From NCBI GenBank assembly GCA_963667785.2, contig CAXXMU010000002.1:768001-832000 (forward strand): a stretch of DNA of 64,000 bases. The letters run 5' to 3'. Source of the DNA: Alphaproteobacteria bacterium. GTDB lineage: Bacteria > Pseudomonadota > Alphaproteobacteria > UBA828. Shown here in pieces: positions 48,270 through 61,133 of this stretch. How positions within the stretch are numbered: the stretch's first letter is position 1; each line of letters starts with the position of its first letter. Both the position numbers and the translations under genes were made by a program. The notes below the pieces were generated by a model, which did no database searches, had not been told where the DNA came from, and was given only the letters and a program-made list of their open reading frames with translations.

Positions 48270-48613
48270 CGCCCACCCCCGGCCGTGCGCTTGGTCTTCT
48301 CGCGCGCAAGCCCGGAAGTCCCGCGCCGCTTCGACAGCTCATCGAACACCTCGGCCGGCGCGACGCCTGCCGCCGACCAGAGAACCAGAAGGTGAAACAG
48401 CAAGTCGGCGCTCTCGGAGACGATACCCTTCCTGTCGTCAAGCGCACCGGCGAGCGCCACCTCGACGCCCTCCTCGCCCACCTTCTTCGCGACGTGCTCG
48501 CGGCCGCGCGAGACGGTACGCGCGACGTAGGAGGTCTCCGGGTCGCCGCCCTTGCGCTGCTCGATGACGTCGAACAGCTCCTCGATCACGCGGCCGTCCC
48601 GCGCCTTGGCCAT
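48266..48613 (-). CDS. hisE: Phosphoribosyl-ATP diphosphatase
   Basis: [15 protein letters not shown] and ESADLLFH. Confidence 0.95.
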   Translation of the reverse strand: MAKARDGRVIEELFDVIEQRKGGDPETSYVARTVSRGREHVAKKVGEEGVEVALAGALDDRKGIVSESADLLFHLLVLWSAAGVAPAEVFDELSKRRGTSGLAREKTKRTAGGGR

Positions 48614-48681
48614 CGTCCTGCCCCGTTCAACTCAGCGGGTCTGGGTATCAGATTTCGCGCGCCCCGTCATGGTCGCGCCCG

Positions 48682-49440
48682 CTACGGTCGGACCTGGATG
48701 CCGGCGGCGGCCATGTGCGCCTTGGCCTCGCCGATGGAATGGGTGCCGAAGTGGAAGATCGAGGCGGCCAGCACCGCGGTCGCGCCGCCCTCGCGGATGC
48801 CCTCAACCAGATGGTCGAGCGTGCCGACGCCCCCCGACGCGATGACCGGCACCCGGACCGCATCTGCGACGGCACGGGTCAGTTCCAGGTCGAAGCCGGC
48901 GCGGGTGCCGTCACGGTCCATCGAGGTCAGCAGGATTTCGCCTGCGCCTGCCGCCGCCATGCGCCTCGCCCAGTGGATGGCGTCGATCCCCGTCGGCGTG
49001 CGGCCACCGTGGGTGAAGATCTCGAAGCCGCCACCCACGACCCGCTTGGCGTCGATGGCGACGACGATGCACTGGGTGCCGAACTTCTCCGCCGCCTCGG
49101 CGACGAAGGCGGGGTTGGCGACCGCCGCCGTGTTGATCGAGACCTTGTCGGCGCCCGCGAGGAGAAGCGCCCGGACATCCTCGATGGCGCGCACACCGCC
49201 GCCCACCGTGAGCGGCATGAAGCAGGCCTCGGCGGTGCCGGCGACCACGTCGTAGATGGTGTCGCGCCCCTCGTGGGAGGCGGTGATGTCGAGGAAACAG
49301 AGCTCGTCCGCCCCTTGCGCATCGTAGACGCGGGCCTGCTCCACCGGGTCTCCGGCATCCACCAGATCGACGAAGCGCACGCCCTTCACCACCCGCCCGG
49401 CGTGGACGTCGAGGCACGGGATGACGCGCATCTTCAGCAC
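48682..49440 (-). CDS. hisF: Imidazole glycerol phosphate synthase cyclase subunit
   Basis: [35 protein letters not shown] and AASIFH. Confidence 0.97.
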   Translation of the reverse strand: MLKMRVIPCLDVHAGRVVKGVRFVDLVDAGDPVEQARVYDAQGADELCFLDITASHEGRDTIYDVVAGTAEACFMPLTVGGGVRAIEDVRALLLAGADKVSINTAAVANPAFVAEAAEKFGTQCIVVAIDAKRVVGGGFEIFTHGGRTPTGIDAIHWARRMAAAGAGEILLTSMDRDGTRAGFDLELTRAVADAVRVPVIASGGVGTLDHLVEGIREGGATAVLAASIFHFGTHSIGEAKAHMAAAGIQVRP

Positions 49441-49458
49441 GGGACGGGTCCGGGGCGA

Positions 49459-50184
49459 TCAGGCGGCGAGCTGCGCGAGCGCGAGCGCCGGGTCGATGCG
49501 CCCGTCATAGAGCGCGCGGCCGCAGATCACGCCGCAGACGCCGTCCGCCTCGTGCGCCTTGAGCCGGTCAAGATCGTCATGGGAGGCGACGCCGCCGGAC
49601 GCTATGACCGGCGTGACGAGCGCGTGCGCCAGTGCCCCGGTCGCCTCGGCATTGACGCCCTCCAGCGCGCCGTCGCGGGCGATGTCGGTGTGGATGATCG
49701 CGGCGGCGCCGGCATCCTCGAAACGGCGTGCCAGCGCCAGTGCATCCATGTCGACCGATTCCGCCCAGCCCTCGACCGCCACGCGGCCGTCGCGGGCGTC
49801 GATGCCGACCGCCACCCGGCCGGGGAAGGCGCGGCACGCGGCGCGCACGAGCGCAGGCTCGCGCACCGCCACGGTGCCGAGGATCACACGCTGCACGCCC
49901 TTGGCGAGCCACGCCTCGATGGTGGCCATGGCGCGGATGCCGCCGCCGAGCTGGACCGGGATGTCGACCGCCTCGAGGATCGCATCGACCGCATCGGCGT
50001 TGATCGCCTTGCCGGCGAAGGCGCCGTCGAGATCGACCACGTGGAGCCAGGTGAAGCCCGCGGCGGCGAAGGCGCGTGCCTGCGCCGGCGGATCGTCGGA
50101 GAAGACCGTCGCGCGCGCCATGTCGCCCTGCACGAGGCGCACGCAGGCGCCGCCCTTGAGGTCGATGGCGGGGAACAGGATCAT
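49459..50184 (-). CDS. hisA: ProFAR isomerase
   Basis: [29 protein letters not shown] and TDIARDG. Confidence 0.97.
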   Translation of the reverse strand: MILFPAIDLKGGACVRLVQGDMARATVFSDDPPAQARAFAAAGFTWLHVVDLDGAFAGKAINADAVDAILEAVDIPVQLGGGIRAMATIEAWLAKGVQRVILGTVAVREPALVRAACRAFPGRVAVGIDARDGRVAVEGWAESVDMDALALARRFEDAGAAAIIHTDIARDGALEGVNAEATGALAHALVTPVIASGGVASHDDLDRLKAHEADGVCGVICGRALYDGRIDPALALAQLAA

Positions 50185-50741
50185 GCCGCCGCGCCCGGCG
50201 GGTCCGTCAGGTCCTTGCAGTAGTAGTGGCCGGCGATCGACCGGCCCTCCACGAAGGCGTATTTCGGGTGCGTGCCCCAGCGCTCGAAGCCGAGCGATTC
50301 GTAGAGCGCGATGGCCGCCTCCTGGGTCTCGCGCACGCTCAGGTTCATCACCTTGAAGCCGCGCGAACGCGCTTCCGCCTCGGCGGCCTCGAGCAACTGC
50401 CGGGCAAGCCCGTGACCGCGCGCCCAGGGTGCCACGAAGTGCGTATCGATGAGGCAGGAGAGCCGCCAGGCCTCCTTCTGCGGCGGTGCCGAGACGAGCT
50501 GGACCGACCCCGCCACGACGCCGTCCAGCCGACCGATATAGAGGATGCGCTCGGGCACCACGGTGACGCCCCGCCAGTAGCGCTCGAACGCGGCAGGCTG
50601 GGGCGGGCGCACCCAGCCGAAGCCTGCGCCGTCGTTGATCGCCGCGGCGGCGGCCTCGCAGAGCTCGCCGAGATCGCGCTTGTGCAGGCGCTCGACGGCG
50701 CCGACCTCGATCCGCGGGCCCGCGTCCTGTGTCTCGCTCAT
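50181..50741 (-). CDS. GNAT-family N-acetyltransferase
   Basis: [12 protein letters not shown] acetyl-CoA motif and [10 protein letters not shown]; 4-nt overlaps with hisH and hisA. Confidence 0.88.
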   Translation of the reverse strand: MSETQDAGPRIEVGAVERLHKRDLGELCEAAAAAINDGAGFGWVRPPQPAAFERYWRGVTVVPERILYIGRLDGVVAGSVQLVSAPPQKEAWRLSCLIDTHFVAPWARGHGLARQLLEAAEAEARSRGFKVMNLSVRETQEAAIALYESLGFERWGTHPKYAFVEGRSIAGHYYCKDLTDPPGAAA

Positions 50742-51382
50742 GGCCGCCAGCGAAGGAAGTTGCCGATCACCGCGAGCCCCACCGCCTGGCTCTTCTCGGG
50801 GTGGAACTGGGTGCCGACCATGTTGTCGCGGCCAGCGACCGCGGTGACGGGCCCGCCATAGTCCACCGTCGCCAGGACCTCGCCCGGCTCGCGGCAGGCG
50901 AGCGCGTAGCTGTGGACGAAATAGGCATGCGCCCCGCTGGCGAGGCCCTGCAGGACGGGATGGCCGTCATCGGCGATCGCGAGATCGTTCCACCCCATGT
51001 GTGGCACCTTGAGCGACTCGTCGCCGGGCTCGAGCGCCACGACCTCGCCGGCGATCCAGCCGAGGCCCTCGTGCTCGCCGTGCTCGCGGCCGATGCGCGC
51101 CATGAGCTGCATGCCGACGCAGATCCCGAGAAAGGGCACGCCACGGCGCAGCACCGCATCTTCCAGCGCCTCGATCATGCCGTCTCGCGCGGCGAGCCCG
51201 GCCTTGCAGTCGGCGAAGGCGCCGACGCCGGGGAGGACGATGCGCTCGGCCCGGCTCACGCGCTCGGCATCGTCGGTCACCAGCACCGGCGATTCGGGCG
51301 TGGCGTCCGCCGCGGCGCGCTCGAAGGCCTTGGCGGCCGAGCGCAGGTTGCCCGAGCCGTAGTCGATGATCGCGGTGGTCAC
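50738..51382 (-). CDS. hisH: Imidazole glycerol phosphate synthase glutaminase subunit
   Basis: [30 protein letters not shown] and QFHPEKS. Confidence 0.97.
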   Translation of the reverse strand: MTTAIIDYGSGNLRSAAKAFERAAADATPESPVLVTDDAERVSRAERIVLPGVGAFADCKAGLAARDGMIEALEDAVLRRGVPFLGICVGMQLMARIGREHGEHEGLGWIAGEVVALEPGDESLKVPHMGWNDLAIADDGHPVLQGLASGAHAYFVHSYALACREPGEVLATVDYGGPVTAVAGRDNMVGTQFHPEKSQAVGLAVIGNFLRWRP

Positions 51383-51388
51383 GGCGCG

Positions 51389-51874
51389 TCAGCTCCAGAC
51401 GTCGGGGCCGGGGCCCCAGTCGAGCGAGCCGGGCGCACGGGCGGCGGTCGCCGCCTGGGGTGCACGCGCCGGCGCCGGAACGGGCGCGATGGCCTCGGCA
51501 TAGCGGATGAGGGCCTGCGCACGGCTCGGCGCGGCGACGATCTCGATCAGGCGCCAGCCGCGCCCGGCAAGCCCGGCCCGGCGCAGGTCGTTGCCCGAGA
51601 AGCCTGCAAGCAGGCCGTAGCCGAGGCCGAGCACCGCCGGCAGGAGCGGCCCGAGATCGAGCGCCACGGGCACCGCGATCAGCGCGGCAAGCGCCGCGAT
51701 CAGCACCAGCGCGGCGAGCCAGAGCCCCTCCGCGAGCGCCCAGAACGGCGCGAAGAAGAAGGCGAGCCAGTTGAAGCCCTCGCGCACGAGGACGGCATCG
51801 CCGAGCGCCGTGCCGGCCGCCACGCTGCCGCCGGCACCCGCTCCCTCCGGCAGGTGAACCGTGTAGTAGCGCAC
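51389..51874 (-). CDS. DUF2628-family membrane protein
   Basis: YTVH...VLVREGFNWLAFFF.PFW; usual position between hisB and hisH in Alphaproteobacteria. Confidence 0.8.
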   Translation of the reverse strand: MRYYTVHLPEGAGAGGSVAAGTALGDAVLVREGFNWLAFFFAPFWALAEGLWLAALVLIAALAALIAVPVALDLGPLLPAVLGLGYGLLAGFSGNDLRRAGLAGRGWRLIEIVAAPSRAQALIRYAEAIAPVPAPARAPQAATAARAPGSLDWGPGPDVWS

Positions 51875-51878
51875 AGCC

Positions 51879-52496
51879 TCAGGCCTCCAGGCTGCCGCCG
51901 AGCACGCCCTTGGTGGAGGGAACCTCGCCCGCCATGCGGGGATCCGGCTCGATCGCCTGGCGCAGCGCCCGGGCGAGGCCCTTGTAGCAGGCCTCGATCA
52001 TGTGGTGGCTGTTCTCGCCGTACATCACCTCGACGTGGAGGGTGAGCCCGGCCGACTGCGCGAACGCCTGGAACCACTCCTTGAAGTGCTCGGTGTCCAT
52101 GCCGTCGATGCGCGGCCTCTCGAAGCGCACCCGCCAGACCAGGTAGGGCCGGTTGCTGGCATCGAGCGAGACCCGCGCGCAGGCCTCGTCCATCGGGATC
52201 ACGGCACTGCCGTAGCGGCGGATTCCGCGCCGCTCGCCGAGCGCCCGGCTCACCGCCTCGCCGAGCGCGAGCCCGGTGTCCTCCACCGTGTGGTGCAGGG
52301 TCACGTCGATGTCGCCCTTCGCCTCGCAGGCGATGTCGATCAGGCTGTGGCGCGAGAGCTGCTCCAGCATGTGATCGAAGAAGCCGATGCCGGTGGCGAT
52401 CTGCGAGCGGCCGCTGCCGTCGAGATCGACGGCGACGGCGATGCTCGTCTCCTTGGTGACCCGCTCGACGCGGGCCGTGCGCGCAGGCTGGCTCAT
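51879..52496 (-). CDS. hisB: Imidazoleglycerol-phosphate dehydratase
   Basis: [37 protein letters not shown] and PSTKG. Confidence 0.96.
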   Translation of the reverse strand: MSQPARTARVERVTKETSIAVAVDLDGSGRSQIATGIGFFDHMLEQLSRHSLIDIACEAKGDIDVTLHHTVEDTGLALGEAVSRALGERRGIRRYGSAVIPMDEACARVSLDASNRPYLVWRVRFERPRIDGMDTEHFKEWFQAFAQSAGLTLHVEVMYGENSHHMIEACYKGLARALRQAIEPDPRMAGEVPSTKGVLGGSLEA

Positions 52497-52735
52497 GGCG
52501 CAGTCCGATGGTCCCGGGGGAAGGGCGCCCTTGTAGCAAGAACCGCCGCCGGCTGCCAGCCTCGACCATGCACGCCGCGCGACGGGACGGGTCGCACCGG
52601 CGGCGCAGAGCGCCCTTCGCACGCGGCCGTCGCCGTGGAAGTCGCAGCGGCCGGGGCCTAGCCTCTTCGCCCTTCCCGCCGTGGCGTGTCCGGGGCATGA
52701 TGGCGGGAGAGACGCGCTGACGAGGAGGCCGCATC

Positions 52736-53533
52736 ATGGCCGGGACCTTCGACATCAACATCGACTGCGGCGAGAGCTTCGGCAACTGGGTGATGGGGGC
52801 GGACGAGGCGCTCATGCCCCACGTCACCACGGCGAACGTCGCGTGCGGCTTCCATGCCGGCGACCCGGTGACCATGATGAAGACCATCGCGCTCGCCAAG
52901 GAGAACGGCGTCGCCGTCGGCTCCCATCCCGGACTGCCGGACCTCATGGGCTTCGGGCGGCGGGTCATGGCGATCACGCCGGACGAGCTCTACGCCTACG
53001 TGATCTACCAGACCGGCGCGCTGAAATCGGCGCTGGAGGCCAACGGCATGACGCTCCATCACGTCAAGCCGCACGGCGCTCTCTACCGCATGCTGAACGG
53101 CGACGAGGCGCTGGGCGAGGCCTTCTCGCGGGCGGTGATCGACCTCTGCCCGGAGCCGATGCTCTACTACCCGGCGCCGGTGGACCGCCACGCGGTGACG
53201 AAGATCGCCGCCGGCATGGGCATCGACGTGGTGCCCGAGCTCTATTTCGACCTGCCCTACGACGATGACGGCACGCTGGTGCTGAAGCGCTCCAACGAAG
53301 GCGCGGACCTGGACGAGACCCGCCACAAGCTCGGCCTCTTCCTGGAGACCGGCAACACGCTGAGCGTCAACGGCGCGCGGGTGCCGATCTCGGCGCGCAG
53401 CATCTGCCTGCACGGCGACGGGCCGAACGCGGTCGATCTGGCCACCACCATCGGGGCGACGCTGACCGAGCGCGGCTACAGCCTGCGGCCGCTGGAGCCT
53501 GCGCCGACGATCCGCCACGAGGCCGCCGAGTAG
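52736..53533 (+). CDS. pxpA: 5-oxoprolinase subunit A / LamB-YcsF family
   Basis: DINIDCGESFG, NVACGFHAGDP, GFGRR, HVKPHGALY and ICLHGD; RBS GAGGAGG. Confidence 0.9.
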   Translation: MAGTFDINIDCGESFGNWVMGADEALMPHVTTANVACGFHAGDPVTMMKTIALAKENGVAVGSHPGLPDLMGFGRRVMAITPDELYAYVIYQTGALKSALEANGMTLHHVKPHGALYRMLNGDEALGEAFSRAVIDLCPEPMLYYPAPVDRHAVTKIAAGMGIDVVPELYFDLPYDDDGTLVLKRSNEGADLDETRHKLGLFLETGNTLSVNGARVPISARSICLHGDGPNAVDLATTIGATLTERGYSLRPLEPAPTIRHEAAE

Positions 53534-53618
53534 GGCTGGCGTTCGGGCACCGCTTGGGGCATGGTGCGCGCCCCGCGCCGCCTGACGAGTCGCGGGACGA
53601 GAGCAGGAGGAGACGTCG

Positions 53619-53750
53619 ATGAGCGACGAGCACGGCCCCTCGCTTGAGGAGCTGACGCGGGCCCGGATCCCATACGTGGCGGGGCTCGGCCTCGTCGTCG
53701 CCGTCATCGGCGTCCTCGCCGGCCTCTCGGCCGCCGGCATCGTTCCGTAA
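53619..53750 (+). CDS. Unannotated 43-aa single-transmembrane small protein
   Basis: RBS AGGAGG, then MSDEHGPSLEELTRARIPYVAGLGLVVAVIGVLAGLSAAGIVP*. GC3-rich codons; fills the pxpA-epimerase gap. Confidence 0.7.
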   Translation: MSDEHGPSLEELTRARIPYVAGLGLVVAVIGVLAGLSAAGIVP

Positions 53751-53756
53751 GGAGCC

Positions 53757-54707
53757 TCAGCCCGCCGGCGGCGCGGCCGGCAGCAGCCCCTCCTCCCGCA
53801 TCCAGGCGCAGAGGTCGGCGAACATGGTGCGGAGCGGCACCGGCCTGAAGCCGAGCTCCCGCACCGCCTTGTCGCACAGCATGATCTGGGTCTGGTTCGT
53901 CACGAAGTGGATCTCGTCGCTCGCGTCGGGGTTGCGCTCGCTCGTCGGCCGGGGCGGCGTCACGCCCACGATCTCGGCGACGATGGCGGCGGCGGCGGCG
54001 AAGCTCTCGTTGGCGCCGGCGAGGATGTAGCGCTCCCCCCTCTTCCCCCGCTCGTAGGCCGTGATGTGCGCCTTCGCGGTCTCGTCGATATGGCAGAAGG
54101 CGCCGCCGCCCGAGCCCACCGTGGTCATGGCGCCGCTCGCGATCGCCTCCACGAAGGGGCCCCAGATCACCCGGTCGTAGGGGCCGACGACATTGCCGGG
54201 ATTGACGCACACGGCATCCAGGCCGGCGGCCGCAGCCTCCAGCACGATGTCCTCGGCGGCCTTCTTGGTGCGGCAGTAGTTGACCGGGATCTCGTCGGCG
54301 TTGGACGGCGCCGTCTCGTCGATGGGCACGCCGTCGTGGAGGCCGAACACCGCGCCCGTAGAGGTGTGGATGAAGCGCCCCACGTTCCTCGCCTTCGCCG
54401 CCTCGACGACGGCGCGGGTGCCCGCCACGTTCGCATGGGTCTGGGCCTCGTCGCCGGCGGAATCGAAGCTCACGTTCCCGGCGACGTGGAAGAGGGCATC
54501 GACGCCTTCCGGGATCGTGTCCGCCAGGAACTCCCGGTCGCCGATGTCGCCCACCACCAGCGTCGCCGGGAAGCGCTTGAGGTAGGCGAGGTTCGAGGTC
54601 TCGCGGTGCATCGCGATCACCTGCCAGCCGGCCTCGCCGAGCTGCTTCACCAGATTGGTGCCGATGAATCCCGACGCGCCGGTCACGAACGCGGTCTTCC
54701 CTGTCAT
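53757..54707 (-). CDS. NAD-dependent epimerase/dehydratase (dihydroflavonol reductase/HpnA-like extended SDR)
   Basis: FVTGASGFIG, FHVAG, YCRTK (YxxxK) and NPGNVVGPYD. Confidence 0.9.
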   Translation of the reverse strand: MTGKTAFVTGASGFIGTNLVKQLGEAGWQVIAMHRETSNLAYLKRFPATLVVGDIGDREFLADTIPEGVDALFHVAGNVSFDSAGDEAQTHANVAGTRAVVEAAKARNVGRFIHTSTGAVFGLHDGVPIDETAPSNADEIPVNYCRTKKAAEDIVLEAAAAGLDAVCVNPGNVVGPYDRVIWGPFVEAIASGAMTTVGSGGGAFCHIDETAKAHITAYERGKRGERYILAGANESFAAAAAIVAEIVGVTPPRPTSERNPDASDEIHFVTNQTQIMLCDKAVRELGFRPVPLRTMFADLCAWMREEGLLPAAPPAG

Positions 54708-54732
54708 GCCGTCATCTCCGAAGGTGGGCGGC

Positions 54733-56241
54733 TCAGCGCCAGATCGGCTTGCCGTCGCCGGGCAGGCCGTAGGAGTGCCACTTGCCCGTTACCCGCTCGA
54801 CGATCTCGTCGGCCATGCGGATGCGCCGGCCCCAGTCGCGGCTGGTCTCGGGCCCGATCTTGGTCGTCGCGTCGAGGCCGATCTTGGCGCCGAGCCCGGT
54901 TTCCGGGCTGGCGAAGTCGAGATAGTCGATGGGCGTGTTCTCGACGACGGTGATGTCGCGCGCCGGGTCCATGCGGGTCGACACCGCCCACATCACGTCC
55001 TTCCAGTCGCGCGCGTCGATGTCGTCGTCCACCACGATCACCCACTTCGTATACATGAACTGCCTGAGATAGGACCAGACGGCCATCATCACCCGCTTGG
55101 CGTGTCCCGCGTACGACTTCCTGATGGAGACCACGGCGATCCGGTAGCTGCAGCCTTCCGGCGGCAGCCAGAAGTCGACGATCTCCGGGAACTGCTGGAC
55201 GAGCAGCGGGATGAAGACCTCGTTGAGCGCCTCGCCGAGGATGCTCGGCTCGTCCGGCGGGCGCCCGGTGTAAGTGGAGAGATAGATCGGCTCGCGCCGC
55301 ATGGTGATGGCTGAGACCGTGAACACGGGGAACGGCTCCACCGCGTTGTAGTAGCCCGTGTGGTCGCCGAAGGGGCCTTCGTCCCGGTAGTCGTCGAGGC
55401 TGACATGGCCCTCGATGACGATCTCCGCCTCGGCCGGGACCTCTAGCGGCACCGTCTTGGCCCGCACCAGCTCGACCTTCCGGCCACGCAGGAGGCCCGC
55501 GAACTGATACTCGGACAGCGTATCCGGCACCGGCGTCACCGCCGCGAGGATGGTGCCGGGGTCGGCGCCGATCACCGCCGCGGCCGGCAGCGGCTCGCGC
55601 GTCGACTCCGCCCAGCGCCGGTGCTGCTGCGCGCCGCCCCGGTGTGCGAGCCAGCGCATCAGCGTCGTGTCTCGGCCGGTGACCTGCATCCGGTAGATGC
55701 CGAGATTGTAGTTGTCGACGCGGGCGCGGCTCGGCCCCTTGGTCACCACCAGCGGCCAGGTGATGAGCGGCGCCGGCTCGCCCGGCCAGCAGGTCTGGAT
55801 CGGGAGCCTGGAGAGGTCGATGTCGTCGCCCGTGAGCACCACCTCCTGCACGGGCCCCTCGCCGAGAGTGCGCGGCTTCATCGCGCGCACCGTGTTGAGC
55901 AGCGGCAGCATCTCGACCGCCTCGCGCCAGCCGCTCGGCGGCTCCGGCTGACGCAGGAAGGCCAGCGTCTCACCCACCTCGCGGAGCGCGCCGGGCTCCC
56001 GGTTCATGCCCCAGGCGACCCGTTCCACGGTGCCGAAGAGGTTGACCAGCACCGGCATGTCGTAGCGCGTGCCGTCGTCGCCCACCACGTTCTCGAAGAG
56101 CACGGCCGGCCCCTCGTCCGCGATGAGGCGGGTCTGGATCTCGGTCATCTCCAGGGCGGGCGAGACCGGCGCCTGGACCCGATGCAGGCGGCCCGCGCTC
56201 TCGAGGCGGGCGATGAAGTCGCGCAGCGATCGGTAGGCCAT
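54733..56241 (-). CDS. ubiD: 4-hydroxy-3-polyprenylbenzoate decarboxylase
   Basis: [45 protein letters not shown] and [11 protein letters not shown]. Confidence 0.95.
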   Translation of the reverse strand: MAYRSLRDFIARLESAGRLHRVQAPVSPALEMTEIQTRLIADEGPAVLFENVVGDDGTRYDMPVLVNLFGTVERVAWGMNREPGALREVGETLAFLRQPEPPSGWREAVEMLPLLNTVRAMKPRTLGEGPVQEVVLTGDDIDLSRLPIQTCWPGEPAPLITWPLVVTKGPSRARVDNYNLGIYRMQVTGRDTTLMRWLAHRGGAQQHRRWAESTREPLPAAAVIGADPGTILAAVTPVPDTLSEYQFAGLLRGRKVELVRAKTVPLEVPAEAEIVIEGHVSLDDYRDEGPFGDHTGYYNAVEPFPVFTVSAITMRREPIYLSTYTGRPPDEPSILGEALNEVFIPLLVQQFPEIVDFWLPPEGCSYRIAVVSIRKSYAGHAKRVMMAVWSYLRQFMYTKWVIVVDDDIDARDWKDVMWAVSTRMDPARDITVVENTPIDYLDFASPETGLGAKIGLDATTKIGPETSRDWGRRIRMADEIVERVTGKWHSYGLPGDGKPIWR

Positions 56242-56335
56242 GGTCACCTCGGCGGGTCGCCGCCATTCATGGGCAGGCACCGGCCCCCGTCAAGCCCGCG
56301 TGGCCCGCACGCGGCCCTGGTCGTGGTCAACAGCA

Positions 56336-57853
56336 TCACGCTCTGCCACACCCTGCCCGAAGGTACGCGCGCAGCCGGTCCGCGCCGTGCGCCGAGACGC
56401 CGAGGCCCTTCTTCGTGCGCCGCCACAGGATGTCCTCGGCGGTCCGGGCCCACTCGTGCCGGGCGAGATATGCGACCTCCGCCGCGTAGAGCCCGGCCCC
56501 GAAGTGCTCGCCGAGGTCGTCCACGCTGCTGCGACCGGCGAGCAGCGCATGGGTATCGGTGCCGTAGTGGCGGACGCAGTGACGGAGTAGCGCCTCCGGC
56601 AGCCACGGGTACCGCGCGGCGCAGTGCGCGGTGAAGGCGCCGATGTCCGCGCCCGGGATGTCGCCGCCGGGAAGCGGCGCGTCGCTCGTCCATCGCGATC
56701 CGTCGGCGCCGAGAGGTCCCGCCAGCATGTCCACCGCCTGCTCGGCAAGCCTGCGGTAGGTCGAGAGCTTGCCGCCGTAGACCGAGAGCATGGGCGCCGG
56801 CGCCGGGTCGAGGTGCAGCACGTAGTCGCGGGTGACCTCGCTGGCGTTCTCGGCCATGTCGTCGAAGAGCGGACGGATGCCGGCGTACGCCCACACCACG
56901 TCGCGCGGAGCGATGGGCTTCTCGAAATAGGCGTTCGCGGCGGCACAGATGTAGTCGACCTCCTCCGGCGTGATCTCGACCCGACCGGGCGCGCCCTCGA
57001 ACTCCACGTCGGTGGTCCCCAGCAGGGTGTAATCCTCCTCGAAGGGGATCGCGAACAGCACGCGGCCGTCGCCGGTCTGGAAGATGTAGGGATGGGCGTG
57101 GTCGAAGAGCCTCCGCACCACGATGTGGCTCCCCTTGACCAGCCGGACCCGGTGCGTCGCCCCGGCGCCGCCCGCGAGCGAGCGGACCCGGCCGACCCAG
57201 GGGCCGCTCGCGTTGACGACGCCCCGCGCCTCGACGGTGGCGCGCTCGCCCGACCCCCGATCGGCGAGAACGGCCCGCCAGCCCGAGCCGCCGGGCGCGA
57301 GGGAGACGCACGCGGTGCGGGTGCGGATCTCCGCCCCCCTGGCGTGGGCATCGCGGGCGTTCAGCACCACCAGCCGCGAGTCCTGCACCCAGCAGTCCGA
57401 GTACTCGAAGGCCCGGCGATAGCGGCTCTGCAACGTGTGCCCGCTCGCGTGCCGGCCGAGGTCGATGGCCGCGCACGGCGGCAGCGGGCCGCGCCCGCCG
57501 AGATGGTCGTAGAGGAAGAGGCCGAGGCGGATCATCCACCGGGGGCGCAGCCCGGCGTGATGCGGGAGTACGAAGCGCAGCGGCCAGATGATATGCGGGG
57601 CGTTGCGCAGGAGCACCGCGCGCTCGCGGAGCGCGTGGCGCACGAGTCGGAAGTCGCGATGCTCCAGGTAGCGAAGCCCGCCGTGGATCAGCTTGGTGCT
57701 GGCCGACGAGGTGTGCGCCGCCAGATCGTCCTGCTCGCACAGCAGTACGCGGATGCCGCGCCCCGCCGCGTCCCGGGCGATGCCGGTGCCGTTGATGCCG
57801 CCGCCGATGACGAGCAGATCGACCTCGCGCGGCGCCGCACCCCTCACGCCCAT
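56336..57853 (-). CDS. glpD: Glycerol-3-phosphate dehydrogenase (aerobic, FAD)
   Basis: IGGGINGTGIARDAAGRG, TSSASTKLIHGGLRYLE, GGKLSTYR and DILWRRTK. The start is uncertain (57853/57868). Confidence 0.95.
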   Translation of the reverse strand: MGVRGAAPREVDLLVIGGGINGTGIARDAAGRGIRVLLCEQDDLAAHTSSASTKLIHGGLRYLEHRDFRLVRHALRERAVLLRNAPHIIWPLRFVLPHHAGLRPRWMIRLGLFLYDHLGGRGPLPPCAAIDLGRHASGHTLQSRYRRAFEYSDCWVQDSRLVVLNARDAHARGAEIRTRTACVSLAPGGSGWRAVLADRGSGERATVEARGVVNASGPWVGRVRSLAGGAGATHRVRLVKGSHIVVRRLFDHAHPYIFQTGDGRVLFAIPFEEDYTLLGTTDVEFEGAPGRVEITPEEVDYICAAANAYFEKPIAPRDVVWAYAGIRPLFDDMAENASEVTRDYVLHLDPAPAPMLSVYGGKLSTYRRLAEQAVDMLAGPLGADGSRWTSDAPLPGGDIPGADIGAFTAHCAARYPWLPEALLRHCVRHYGTDTHALLAGRSSVDDLGEHFGAGLYAAEVAYLARHEWARTAEDILWRRTKKGLGVSAHGADRLRAYLRAGCGRA

Positions 57854-57954
57854 CTGAACCTGGCCCATGGGTGAACATATATTTCCTTTCTCGAGCACGG
57901 CCAGCACCGTTCGATCCGTGACCATGGTGAGAAATGCGGGCTAGCATGATCGCC
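57854..57954. promoter_or_regulatory. Short divergent glpD/glpK control region
   Basis: ~100 bp with an AT-rich core (GAACATATATTTCCTTTC) between divergent starts; no operator confidently resolved. Confidence 0.35.
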
Positions 57955-59427
<1,473 letters not shown>

Positions 59428-59520
59428 CTAGGCGGCGCTGTCAACCGCAGGGCAGCCCCTCCCGGCCGGCAGGCGGGCCGAGATGTGCGCGCCGTGCGGG
59501 ACGGGGGGCCGGGGAGGCAC

Positions 59521-59640
59521 CGGGATTCGGCGGGATTCGGCGGGATTCGGCTGGAGAAAGCGGGATTGCACGGGACGGGAGCGGGGGTCCTGGGGGGCAT
59601 GCGGGATTTCGCGGGATAACGAGGGATTCCGGGCGGGACA
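59521..59640. repeat. 10-bp-period degenerate tandem repeat (CGGGATTCGG x3, then phased CGGGA units)
   Basis: Exact units at 59521, 59531 and 59541; degenerate units at 59561, 59571, 59602, 59612, 59622 and 59634. Confidence 0.7.
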
Positions 59641-59823
59641 GGCGGCCTCCATATCCCACTTGAGCACCGGCTCCCTTGCCGCGCCCCGCTCCTTCCCGCT
59701 CGTCCGCGCTCTCGCCCATCATGCCGCGACCCTCGCACGCCCACGCCATGCCCTGCACCGCACTATGGTGCGGGGAGTCGCGTAGAGCAGTTTCCGAGCT
59801 GCCGGGTTGACGGCGATCCGAAC

Positions 59824-59988
59824 GACTCCCACCTCCCCCTGTCCCCCTCCCCCAAAGGCGGAGGGGGAACTTAGACGGCGCTGTCCGCTCTCCCTCTCCG
59901 CCCCCGAGCCAAGCTCGCGGAGCGAGCGCCCGGCGACTGAGGGAACATAAGAAGGGGGCGGAGAGGGCCGGGGTGAGGTGGGGGAGTC
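59824..59988. repeat. Nested palindromic REP/MITE-like element
   Basis: Outer arms GACTCCCACCTC / GAGGTGGGGGAGTC, inner arms CCCTCTCCGCCCCC / GGGGGCGGAGAGGG, and a further hairpin TCCCCCTCC...GGAGGGGGA. Confidence 0.65.
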
Positions 59989-60057
59989 CGGGCCATTCTG
60001 CATGCAGAAAGGGGGCGCGCGGCAGCCGGGCGCGACCCCGTCTGGTCAGAACGCGCG

Positions 60058-61131
<1,074 letters not shown>

Positions 61132-61133
61132 GG

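Noticed and set aside
50181-51874. GNAT and DUF2628 genes inside the his operon as a novelty
   Set aside because: Such insertions are, to my knowledge, common in alphaproteobacterial his clusters.
53582-53607. Hammerhead-ribozyme-like core CTGACGA-GTC-gcgg-GAC-GAGA
   Set aside because: It has GAGA instead of the required GAAA, only a 3-bp stem II, and no convincing stems I/III.
59521-59640. CRISPR array
   Set aside because: 10-bp units without unique spacers, and no cas genes.
59428-60057. Short ORFs in the glpK-ABC gap as real genes
   Set aside because: Low-complexity translations derived from repeats, with no clear RBS or family motif.
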